Source of the DNA: Candidatus Krumholzibacteriia bacterium
GTDB taxonomy: Bacteria > Krumholzibacteriota > Krumholzibacteriia > LZORAL124-64-63
Direction: 5' to 3'
DNA length: 16,006 nt
NCBI GenBank assembly: GCA_036351155.1
Contig: JAZBOO010000222.1
Coordinates: 1 to 16,006 of the forward strand
In this document: positions 1 through 7,025 of the stretch, one piece after another
Layout: each line of letters opens with the position of its first letter
Numbering within the stretch: position 1 is the first letter of the stretch
Notes under the pieces: generated by a model
The model's database searches: none
The model's input: the letters and a program-made list of their open reading frames with translations, nothing else
What the model was told of the DNA's origin: nothing
Made by a program: the position numbers and the translations under genes

Positions 1-285
1 AACCAGGTTCGTGTTGTCGCAAACGGCGGCCCAGTGGGAAACGATACAGCCCCATTCACTGGTGCCCTCCCAGTTGAACAGGCACCCCTCCTCCGGTGCA
101 TGGGACCAGCCGATGCCATCGCAGGGTGAGTGCGCGCCTGCCGGGTACATGGCCCAGTATTCCAGCTCGCCCTCTGCTTCGAGAACTTCCGTGGAGGCCA
201 ACGCCGTCGCCGGGACGGCGGCCAGAACGACCATCATGGCCAGGCCCAGGAAAACAAGAAGGGCCCTCGGGAGAATATATTTCAC
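1..285 (-). CDS. Secreted hypothetical protein, 3'-partial (runs off the window)
   Basis: Translated by hand; not in the ORF track. GTG at 285 overlaps the upstream stop (GTGA), with GGAG upstream. MKYILPRALLVFLGLAMMVVLAAVPATALA-STEVLEAEG...: Sec signal peptide with AxA site, then a Cys/Trp-rich mature region, open to base 1. Confidence 0.8.
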   Translation of the reverse strand, partial: MKYILPRALLVFLGLAMMVVLAAVPATALASTEVLEAEGELEYWAMYPAGAHSPCDGIGWSHAPEEGCLFNWEGTSEWGCIVSHWAAVCDNTNLV

Positions 286-1415
286 GATGGGCTCCGTTCC
301 GGCCAAACTGATTTCACACCAAGGACAGCACATTCCTCACAGTACCAAAGTTTGATCCTGAAGTACCCGTGGTTGGGATAATCGGCGGCCATCACGGAAG
401 GATCGTACAGTTCCGGAGCTTGGTTCTCGGACAGATAGGTGCCTTCCCAGACGAATGAAGAATCGCCCAAAAAATCTCGGTAGGTGGCCTCACCAGCGCT
501 GAAAGGGTGCTCCATGGGAAACTTGACCAGGCCTCTGACCAGGTCAAAAATGGCTGGATCATTCAGGTCTGGAAGACCGTCGGGGACAGGCGATAAATCA
601 AACCATTGACTTTGATCCAGCCCGAACAGCTGAATGTACGGTTGACCGGATTCATCCACATAGGGGAACAGTGACTCGTCGTTGCGCTGTAGGGTCAGAT
701 CGAAATATTCAGGATCGATGTTCTGGTACCCCAGGTCATAGAAATTCCGCATCACATAGTGAAAGGAGTACATAGGCATCATGGACTCGGGGGCCTTCAA
801 GAGCTTCATCCGGTAAAAAAGGCCGTCCTCGCCTGGTATGTTGACTCGCTTGTATTCATCCCGTCCCGGTCGATCTCCCACGAAAACATCCGTTTCCCCA
901 ATGTCAGAGAACAGGATCTCGTAATTCACCGCCAGAACCGATTCGCCCGGCAGTTCTTCACCAAAATCTAAGCATTCAATTTTGCCGTCCAGATCCATCC
1001 GGGCCTCAAAGTACAGTTCCCTCCACAGGTCCCCAACCACGGCGGGGGTCTGAAAATCGTTGGGCGGACACTCTTCGGTGGACCAGAAGATCCCAGTAGT
1101 ATCCAGGTACGCGGCCACGTTCGAAATGTCCCCCGTCTCCATTTCCCCCTCGGTCACCCGCTGGAAAACCCGGATCGAAGCAGGGTCGATGACCTGGTAC
1201 GGTTCTTTCCCGGGCAGATCGGTCCCGGCCAGATCCAGTTTGAAGAACCGGTTGTTCAGGTACTGGTCGGAGGTGATCACATGCTCGATAATAAGGGGTC
1301 TATCAGGGGGCGTTTCGGTGGAGGTGGGATTGTTGCAGCCAGCCATCATCAGGAGCAACCCTGGGAGAACCACGAACAACGATCGTGTTCGCTGGGAGAA
1401 ATGTGTTCCGTTCAC
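282..1415 (-). CDS. Lipoprotein carrying an SprA-like (T9SS translocon internal) domain, ~377 aa
   Basis: GTG at 1415 overlaps the previous stop, RBS AAGGAG, lipobox LMMAGC. Motifs YLNNRFF, VLAVNY, MKLLK, MRNFYDLG, LFGLD, PDGLPD, RGLVKFPMEHPF and ELY follow the order I recall for the N-terminal region of SprA. Far shorter than full SprA. Confidence 0.7.
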   Translation of the reverse strand: MNGTHFSQRTRSLFVVLPGLLLMMAGCNNPTSTETPPDRPLIIEHVITSDQYLNNRFFKLDLAGTDLPGKEPYQVIDPASIRVFQRVTEGEMETGDISNVAAYLDTTGIFWSTEECPPNDFQTPAVVGDLWRELYFEARMDLDGKIECLDFGEELPGESVLAVNYEILFSDIGETDVFVGDRPGRDEYKRVNIPGEDGLFYRMKLLKAPESMMPMYSFHYVMRNFYDLGYQNIDPEYFDLTLQRNDESLFPYVDESGQPYIQLFGLDQSQWFDLSPVPDGLPDLNDPAIFDLVRGLVKFPMEHPFSAGEATYRDFLGDSSFVWEGTYLSENQAPELYDPSVMAADYPNHGYFRIKLWYCEECAVLGVKSVWPERSPS

Positions 1416-1969
1416 CACTCTGCTCCTTTGCTGACCAGAAACGCCCCATCCTCCACATAGGTGAAGCGTACCAGACGGGGTTCCGTCATGAGGCTGTTGG
1501 CTTCTCCATCCACCCACTGAGCCTGGTCCTCCAGTTCAAAGGTGAGCGGATCCACCCAGGTCACGGACCGGGGCCGGAAGGGTCCGACCCACGGGTGTTC
1601 GGGGAGAAGTGAGTGGAAGGATAGCGCCGAACAGGACTGGACCCTGGAACCCCCGGCGCGGTTCACGTGGATGCGCTCCACCCACATGGAAAACAAGCCT
1701 TCGGTCTCGAAAAGGGTGACTCTCAAGAGCCGGGAAACGGTCCAGGTCCCGGAAGCCTCCATCCCGTCCATTTTCAGCGGGACTTCCACCTTCGCCCCGG
1801 GACCACAGCTCAGATAAAAGGCTGAACCCGGCAATGTCTTCTCGAGGTCCACCGGGTCAAACACCACGAAGCCGCTCTCGGCCATGGTGAACGAGGGAAC
1901 GATGAAGAGAAGGGCGATCAAACCCAGAAGGGGTTTCCGCTGCTCTTTAATAGGAAAATTATTAGACAT
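1412..1969 (-). CDS. Secreted hypothetical protein, ~185 aa
   Basis: ATG at 1969 overlaps the upstream stop (ATGtcTAA). Basic then hydrophobic signal peptide (RKPLLGLIALLFIVPSFTMA). Confidence 0.7.
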   Translation of the reverse strand: MSNNFPIKEQRKPLLGLIALLFIVPSFTMAESGFVVFDPVDLEKTLPGSAFYLSCGPGAKVEVPLKMDGMEASGTWTVSRLLRVTLFETEGLFSMWVERIHVNRAGGSRVQSCSALSFHSLLPEHPWVGPFRPRSVTWVDPLTFELEDQAQWVDGEANSLMTEPRLVRFTYVEDGAFLVSKGAEW

Positions 1970-2786
1970 TAATTCCCGCAAACACGCTCAGGGCTATGCT
2001 GATGGCCACCCAGACCGAAGAATAGGCAAACACCACAACAAAGCCCCGGACCAGAGTGGAAGCTCTGCCTCGACGGTAAATCCGGCGAGACTGCCTGGCG
2101 AAGTATACCAAAATCAGCGGAAAAACGGTGAGGAAGCCGATGGTGGACGAAGCATCGGGATCGTCCGCCTTGCCCACCAGCTTCAGCACCAGCAAAAGAA
2201 CAATCATCAACACGTACAATACAGAATGTGTGTGGAGCGAGGCCACCAGGTAGCTGGCATAGTAATCGCCCCGACGTCCAAAAAGGACCCGGGTCAGGCC
2301 TGCCAGGGCCGGCACCAATCCCAGGATCAATATCCACTTCAGGGACAGGTCCACCATGTAAGAGACCTTCGCCACCACATCCTCGGATGTTACCGCTTCA
2401 CCTTTTGACTCAACAAGCCCCTCCGAGCCCAGCGAAAAGCCGCTGGCAAAATCCACGATCACATTACTTTGTTCAGGAACCAGGGAAGACACGAAGAAGA
2501 AGAGAGCCGTGAACAACAGGTAGAGGCGGGTCGGGCTCATGTATCTTTCGCGACGTCCGCGGGCCCAGTCCAGATCGAGTTTCCCCGGCTTCAACAACAA
2601 CAACCTGACGGTCAGCCAGAACCGGCCGTCCGCCGAGACCATTTCCCGAAAGGTGTCACCCAGCCAGTGGCCCACAGAAAGGGAAACTTCCCGGTCCTGT
2701 CCACACTGCCCACAGAAGGGCGTGGAACCTTCGGCCCCACAGTTCGGGCATGGGCTGGCCTGGGAGTTTTCCACTGATGTCTTCAA
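1962..2786 (-). CDS. DUF3667-type membrane protein with N-terminal Cys4 zinc ribbon, ~274 aa
   Basis: CPNCG...FCGQCGQ, then DGRFWLTVRLLLLKPG...GRRERYMSPTRLYL, then several TM helices. Start TTG 2786 (TTGA overlap) or GTG 2774. The 604-aa ORF extension is a shadow frame inside the upstream gene. Confidence 0.85.
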   Translation of the reverse strand: MKTSVENSQASPCPNCGAEGSTPFCGQCGQDREVSLSVGHWLGDTFREMVSADGRFWLTVRLLLLKPGKLDLDWARGRRERYMSPTRLYLLFTALFFFVSSLVPEQSNVIVDFASGFSLGSEGLVESKGEAVTSEDVVAKVSYMVDLSLKWILILGLVPALAGLTRVLFGRRGDYYASYLVASLHTHSVLYVLMIVLLLVLKLVGKADDPDASSTIGFLTVFPLILVYFARQSRRIYRRGRASTLVRGFVVVFAYSSVWVAISIALSVFAGINV

Positions 2787-3883
2787 CGGGCACCAATCTT
2801 TCGGGGGTCGGTCAAGGCGCGCATGACCACTTCGAGGGGCCCCCGTTTGAACTGGCGGCGCCACAGGTGTGAAAAAACCACCCCGGCCGTACAGAACACC
2901 GCCGACGCCAGGAGAACGAACGGAAGGGTCTGGTTTTCGAGTCGGCCCATGGCCTCCAGGGTGCCCATGCCCACAATGACATGCGCCACGTAGAGCGTGA
3001 GGGCCAGTTGCCCGGTGGAAACGAAAGGGCGAAGCCAAGCCGAGCGCGGATACCGCAGGCCCAGCGAAACCGCCGCGGCAATGATGGCACAGGCGGTCCC
3101 CGTTCCGGCCAGCATGTAGAGCGGCATGGGAGGCATGGGCTCGGTACCAAAAATGGCCACGATGATTTCCGGGTCCGCAGGGCCGGCTCCGGAAGACAGG
3201 GTCTTGACCAGGATCCAGCTCACGCCTTCTGCCACCAGCGCCACGCCCGCTCCCCAGACGAAGACGCGGCGGCGCACATCCGATCGGCTCATGTCCTGAC
3301 GACCGAGCCCCATCCCCACCAGCAGGAATCCCAGCCAGGGAATGACCGGGTGAAAACCGTTGAAAAACAGATGACGAGTCATGCCCTGCGGAGTCCAGAA
3401 GTCCTGGTACTCCAGCGTTTTCCAGTCCCAGCCCTGGTCGTAGTTTCCGCCCAGGAACATCACCACGAAAACCAGAACCAGCAATCCGCTGTAAACCCAG
3501 AGCCGGCGCGTGGAAGCCGTCAACAGGAAGGCGGCGGCGGCTATATAAACCCCATAGAAGTGGAGGATGTCGGCCGGCCAGACGGGAGTGTAAAGCAGGC
3601 CGACGACAAATAGGAAGAGAGCGCGCTTGAGCAAGATGCTGCGGTCCCGCGCAAGCAGGTCGCGATCCTTCAGGTCCCTGGACTTGCGAGACAGGAGAGA
3701 AAGGCCCACCCCGGCCAGGACCACGAAGGTGGCCGCCGCACGGCCCTCGAGCAGCCCCACCAGGTGGGTCAGCCATGGAGGGCCATTCTGCTCGGCGCCC
3801 ATCACGATCTTGAAATTAACCACGACCATGCCAAAAATGGCCAGGGCGCGGGCCAGGTCATAACCGATGATGCGTTGTTTCAA
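2783..3883 (-). CDS. DUF418/DUF1624 (HGSNAT-like) multi-pass membrane protein, 366 aa
   Basis: N-terminal RIIGYDLARALAIFGM, GRAAATFVVLAGVG, DILHFYG, GQLALTLYVAH and C-terminal W...FKRGPLE motifs. TTG start with GGAG RBS. Confidence 0.85.
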   Translation of the reverse strand: MKQRIIGYDLARALAIFGMVVVNFKIVMGAEQNGPPWLTHLVGLLEGRAAATFVVLAGVGLSLLSRKSRDLKDRDLLARDRSILLKRALFLFVVGLLYTPVWPADILHFYGVYIAAAAFLLTASTRRLWVYSGLLVLVFVVMFLGGNYDQGWDWKTLEYQDFWTPQGMTRHLFFNGFHPVIPWLGFLLVGMGLGRQDMSRSDVRRRVFVWGAGVALVAEGVSWILVKTLSSGAGPADPEIIVAIFGTEPMPPMPLYMLAGTGTACAIIAAAVSLGLRYPRSAWLRPFVSTGQLALTLYVAHVIVGMGTLEAMGRLENQTLPFVLLASAVFCTAGVVFSHLWRRQFKRGPLEVVMRALTDPRKIGAR

Positions 3884-3901
3884 TAATTTCTCCGAGTACG
3901 G

Positions 3902-4771
3902 TTACGGGGTGATCTTCTCAATGACTTCCTCGAGCACCGGGTTGAATTCCTCCGCTGCGCCCAGCATCAGGAAGTGGTCGGTTCCCTCCAGCACAATGGC
4001 CTCGAAGGAATGCATGTGGAGGCGATTCGCCTCGGCATCGACGGGCCACATGTCGGCACACACCGCCACCACCGGCAGGGGCAGTTCCTCGAAGAGTTTC
4101 GGCACACTGCCGGAAATCCACTGGGCCATGTAGTCCCGCATCGCGCTCACGGCCACCTCCGCCGGGGCCGCGGACATGTCCGCCTGGATCCACGCGGCCA
4201 GATCGGGATTCGCTTCCGGCCGCATCATCCCTGCCACAAACTGCCGGCAGGCGGATGGAAAGTCGGACTCCAGCGGGGCGATCATTGCTGCGGCGTGTTC
4301 TTCGGTGACCGGAAAGGCGATATTGTGCAGCGAGTCGACGCCAATCAGGCCCACCACCCGCCCGGGCAGCAGGCGTGCGGCCTCGGCGATCACCATCCCG
4401 CCCATGGAGTGGCCCACCAGGATCAACTGGTCGCCTCCGACGGCGTCGGCCACCGCCCGTACATCCTCACCAAAGGCGCGCATTGTGTAGTTTTCGCGCC
4501 CCAAACCTGAGTGGCCGTGGCCAGCCAGATCCACAGTGACCAGGCGATGCTTGGGGGCGAAGTACTCCAGCTGCTCCCGCCAGTAGCGCGCGTCGCAGCT
4601 CCAGCCGTGCACCATGATCAGGGTGGGCTCCTCGCTGCCGTGAACTTCGTAAGCGATGGGCGTCCCGTCGGCCGAGGGAACGACGCCCGGTGTACCCGCG
4701 TGGGTTGCCGTGGCGAACAGAAGCAGGCAGCCGATAAAGAGGCCTTTCTGGATCAACGATCGGTTCTTCAT
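3902..4771 (-). CDS. Secreted alpha/beta-fold hydrolase, 289 aa
   Basis: Signal peptide; HGW oxyanion motif, DLAGHGHS, GHSMGG nucleophile elbow, GTDHF catalytic His. RBS GAGGAG. Confidence 0.92.
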   Translation of the reverse strand: MKNRSLIQKGLFIGCLLLFATATHAGTPGVVPSADGTPIAYEVHGSEEPTLIMVHGWSCDARYWREQLEYFAPKHRLVTVDLAGHGHSGLGRENYTMRAFGEDVRAVADAVGGDQLILVGHSMGGMVIAEAARLLPGRVVGLIGVDSLHNIAFPVTEEHAAAMIAPLESDFPSACRQFVAGMMRPEANPDLAAWIQADMSAAPAEVAVSAMRDYMAQWISGSVPKLFEELPLPVVAVCADMWPVDAEANRLHMHSFEAIVLEGTDHFLMLGAAEEFNPVLEEVIEKITP

Positions 4772-4832
4772 TTTCCTGCTCCTCAGGGTTTCGTGGGTGG
4801 GATATGGGAGACTATACTCGGCCGGCCATTAA

Positions 4833-4841
4833 TGCTAGAAT
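4833..4841 (+). promoter_or_regulatory. Extended -10 promoter element TGcTAGAAT
   Basis: TGn plus 5/6 match to TATAAT in an AT-rich stretch. The predicted start (~4846-4848) coincides with the 5' end of the long hairpin. No good -35. Confidence 0.5.
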
Positions 4842-4845
4842 TATT

Positions 4846-5093
4846 GAATCAACATGTTCAACGCTGTTTGGGTAAACCCCATCTTTGCAGAAACCCGTGG
4901 AGGCGAAAGTTGTCAGGGTGCGCCAGCAGTGGAAAAAGTCGGGATTTGCAGGGCCGTGGTGTATCCGTAGATACATGAGGTCCTGCAAATCCCCACTTTT
5001 TTTGCTGATGGGGTGCCATGGCAACAACTTCAGTGGTTTCGGCCCACGGGTTTTTGCAATGATGGGGTATACAGGGAAGAACCATGTTGGTTT
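4846..5093 (+). ncRNA. ~250-nt rod-like imperfect inverted repeat; candidate structured RNA, 5' leader or ssDNA hairpin
   Basis: Nested helices: 4846-4856/5083-5093; 4872-4900/5044-5072 (26 WC, 1 G.U, 2 mismatches); 4909-4921/5013-5025; 4924-4929/5002-5007; 4933-4939/4995-5001; 4941-4955/4979-4993; 4959-4965/4970-4976; loop CGTA 4966-4969. The palindrome itself is certain; the RNA call is inference. Confidence 0.65.
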
Positions 5094-5146
5094 CCAGATT
5101 CAAGATCGTTCTGTGTGTGCTGACCCTGGCCGTCATGGTCAAATGA
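5084..5146 (+). CDS. Candidate 20-aa hydrophobic peptide MLVSRFKIVLCVLTLAVMVK (small protein or signal-peptide remnant)
   Basis: ATG 5084 with purine-rich AGGGAAG 5073-5079 upstream, stop TGA 5144-5146. Basic N-terminus plus hydrophobic core. Confidence 0.4.
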   Translation: MLVSRFKIVLCVLTLAVMVK

Positions 5147-5174
5147 CCGCGCCTACATCAAGGAGATATCGATC

Positions 5175-5621
5175 ATGAAAACCACAGTGCTGATCGCCAC
5201 CCTTTTTCTCGCGGCTTCCGCTTGGGCTGCTACTCCGCCCGTGGGAACCTGGGAGTGGGTGTCCACCGAGGAATCTCCGGGCGTGTTGATCACTCCCGAT
5301 GATCTCGGCTACACGGTTCAGCGCGAGTTTTTGGTCGATGGGATCTACCACGAGTACCGGAATGAGGTCCTCTATCGCTCCGGTGAGTACTGGGTTGAGG
5401 ATGTCGAATTCATGGACATGGTAATCCCGGCTCTGAGGATTTCTTGCTACCCGGGTCCGGTGGAGACCAGTGCTTTCTATTTCGGCCCGACGGTGCTGGA
5501 GTTGTGGTGGGGGGCCGATCCCGGTGGGTGGCCTTATCTCCCGCAGGAACTGCTCGCCTCAAGAGAGCCGGTGTCGACCGAGGGCGTCAGCTGGGGAATA
5601 ATTAAAAGCCTCTATCGGTGA
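5175..5621 (+). CDS. Secreted protein, possibly lipocalin-like, with C-terminal WGxxKxxYR motif, 148 aa
   Basis: AAGGAG RBS; signal peptide MKTTVLIATLFLAASAWA; PVGTWEW (GxW) start of the mature domain; ends PVSTEGVSWGIIKSLYR. Confidence 0.88.
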   Translation: MKTTVLIATLFLAASAWAATPPVGTWEWVSTEESPGVLITPDDLGYTVQREFLVDGIYHEYRNEVLYRSGEYWVEDVEFMDMVIPALRISCYPGPVETSAFYFGPTVLELWWGADPGGWPYLPQELLASREPVSTEGVSWGIIKSLYR

Positions 5622-5628
5622 TTATCGA

Positions 5629-5681
5629 TCAGTCCAGGGTCATGTTCGTCATCATGGGACTTCCGACCTGGAATGGACTGA
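5629..5681. terminator. Imperfect hairpin between convergent genes (possible bidirectional terminator)
   Basis: TCAGTCCA 5629-5636 pairs with TGGACTGA 5674-5681, with inner GGTC/GACC and CATG/CATG. No U-tract. Confidence 0.35.
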
Positions 5682-5700
5682 ACCGGCTGGCCAGACCAAC

Positions 5701-6384
5701 CTATCGATAGTAACTCTTCAGCCCGCCAAAGGTCGGTTTCTCCAGCGAGACGGCGTCGCATCCACCATCCTCCACGAGCTCAGTTCTCGTAATATAGAAA
5801 TTGAGGCCAGCAGCTCCCGGCATGTTGTCGTAGGAAAAATAGCCATAACAGTTAAACACGGGGTTGTCTTTCCGGTCCATGGCCCCGGTGTACTGCCAGT
5901 AGTCAAACTCCACCCAGCAGTGGTCCTCGCACAGTACAAACCACTCGGGCGAAAGGACCGGCGCCCCCCTTGCCATGACGACCTCCCCACAGCCAGCCGG
6001 AAATGCGTAGGGACGAACTCCATACTGACCTGATTGATAGGGCGGAATCTGGTGGTGAGCGCCCTGGGCATCGACCGCCAGCAGTTCATAGTTGAACCCC
6101 CACCCCGGTTCGGGGTTGGGCACAACAAGGTCATGGTCAATGGTTTCCCCAACCCCAGGAATCTCGAACGCTGAAGAGGGAAGGATGATGGGTGGGTTGC
6201 ATGACCCCAGATAGTTGGCCACGACAATCAGGGAATCCATTTCGGCCAGTTCCGGTGTCCCGGTAATCCGGAAGGTAATTTGAGCGAGGTCGTCCTCACA
6301 TTGGGCCCACAGCCCATCCTCTCCAAAGGCTGCTGGAGCTGAGCACAGACTGAAGACAGCGATCAGGCTCAGGATTCTGGCCAT
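5701..6384 (-). CDS. Secreted Cys-rich protein with C-terminal FGxxKxxYR motif, ~227 aa
   Basis: ATG 6384 after GAAAAGGAA; signal peptide MARILSLIAVFSLCSAPAAFG; ends CDAVSLEKPTFGGLKSYYR. The longer ORF start overlaps the upstream gene and promoter. Confidence 0.87.
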   Translation of the reverse strand: MARILSLIAVFSLCSAPAAFGEDGLWAQCEDDLAQITFRITGTPELAEMDSLIVVANYLGSCNPPIILPSSAFEIPGVGETIDHDLVVPNPEPGWGFNYELLAVDAQGAHHQIPPYQSGQYGVRPYAFPAGCGEVVMARGAPVLSPEWFVLCEDHCWVEFDYWQYTGAMDRKDNPVFNCYGYFSYDNMPGAAGLNFYITRTELVEDGGCDAVSLEKPTFGGLKSYYR

Positions 6385-6430
6385 TTCCTTTTCCCATATG
6401 ATCTGAACTGGGTTCGATCTCATTGAATAT

Positions 6431-6459
6431 ATCTTACCATTTTGACTGGAGTGGGTCAA
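6431..6459 (-). promoter_or_regulatory. Sigma70-type promoter TTGACC-N17-TAAGAT with extended TG
   Basis: Minus strand TTGACC (6459-6454), 17-nt spacer ending TGG, TAAGAT (6436-6431); about 45 nt upstream of ATG 6384. Confidence 0.75.
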
Positions 6460-6460
6460 A
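6441..6460. promoter_or_regulatory. Operator-like palindrome TTTGAC-N8-GTCAAA overlapping the -35 and spacer
   Basis: tttgac tggagtgg gtcaaa, with perfect 6-bp arms. Confidence 0.45.
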
Positions 6461-6536
6461 TTCCGGGTGGCGTTCAACATCGACCCATTCCTGGGGGCCT
6501 CCTTCAACTCACAGGAAAGCCCCTCTTCGGGTCCTG

Positions 6537-7025
6537 TTATGGGATGGTATCGCAACCACAGGCGGGAATCGAGTCTTGTCGGACCATGGTCATTTGCCCG
6601 GCCGACCAGGTGTCCACTTCCTCCCACGCAAAGAAGAGCGTATCTGAATTTGCAGAGTGCCGATAGGTCATGGGAAGCGCGGGCTGCGGCATGGGAACGG
6701 GGTCGAGGTCAAAGCGCGCCGTGAAAACATCCCCGTCTCTGTCGTAGATGAAGGTCGAGTCCTTCTGGTAATCCCCGGACGGTAGCTGTTCGATGAGACA
6801 AACAGTTCCTCCGCTGTAGATGACCCAGTAATTGTCGCTGCCATCGCCCTCATACTCCTGGCCTCCGTCGATGGATGAATAGACCAGACCCCAGTACCCG
6901 ACCAAGGGGTTGGTCGTCGGATCAGACGGTTCACCCGGGTCATCTCCGCAGCCAGGGAGAAGGTGGGCGACCAGCAGGCAGGCAACGGAAGAGAGTATGA
7001 GAAGAAGCGGTGAAAAAGTTTTCAT
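6537..7025 (-). CDS. Lipoprotein, possibly lipocalin-like, 162 aa
   Basis: ATGA overlap with the upstream gene; lipobox LLPGC followed by GDDP linker; NPLVGYW (GxW) motif. Confidence 0.82.
   Translation of the reverse strand: MKTFSPLLLILSSVACLLVAHLLPGCGDDPGEPSDPTTNPLVGYWGLVYSSIDGGQEYEGDGSDNYWVIYSGGTVCLIEQLPSGDYQKDSTFIYDRDGDVFTARFDLDPVPMPQPALPMTYRHSANSDTLFFAWEEVDTWSAGQMTMVRQDSIPACGCDTIP

Noticed and set aside
2787..3776. N-terminal extension of the 604-aa ORF
   Set aside because: Pro/Arg/Gly-rich shadow frame inside the DUF418-like gene; family similarity starts only near 2786.
4846..5093. Long hairpin as a canonical integron attC (AAC...GTT near its ends)
   Set aside because: It is much longer than typical attC, has no unpaired spacer right after the AAC/GTT box, matches RYYYAAC/GTTRRRY imperfectly, and is single-copy in the window.
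4812..5178. ORFs 4812-5027(-), 4858-5142(-) and 4885-5178(+)
   Set aside because: No recognisable motifs or clear RBS; they overlay the palindrome and are probably incidental.
6511..6537. Bulged hairpin ACAGGA...TCCTGT just after the lipoprotein stop
   Set aside because: Weak stem and no U-tract on the coding strand; too short for attC.
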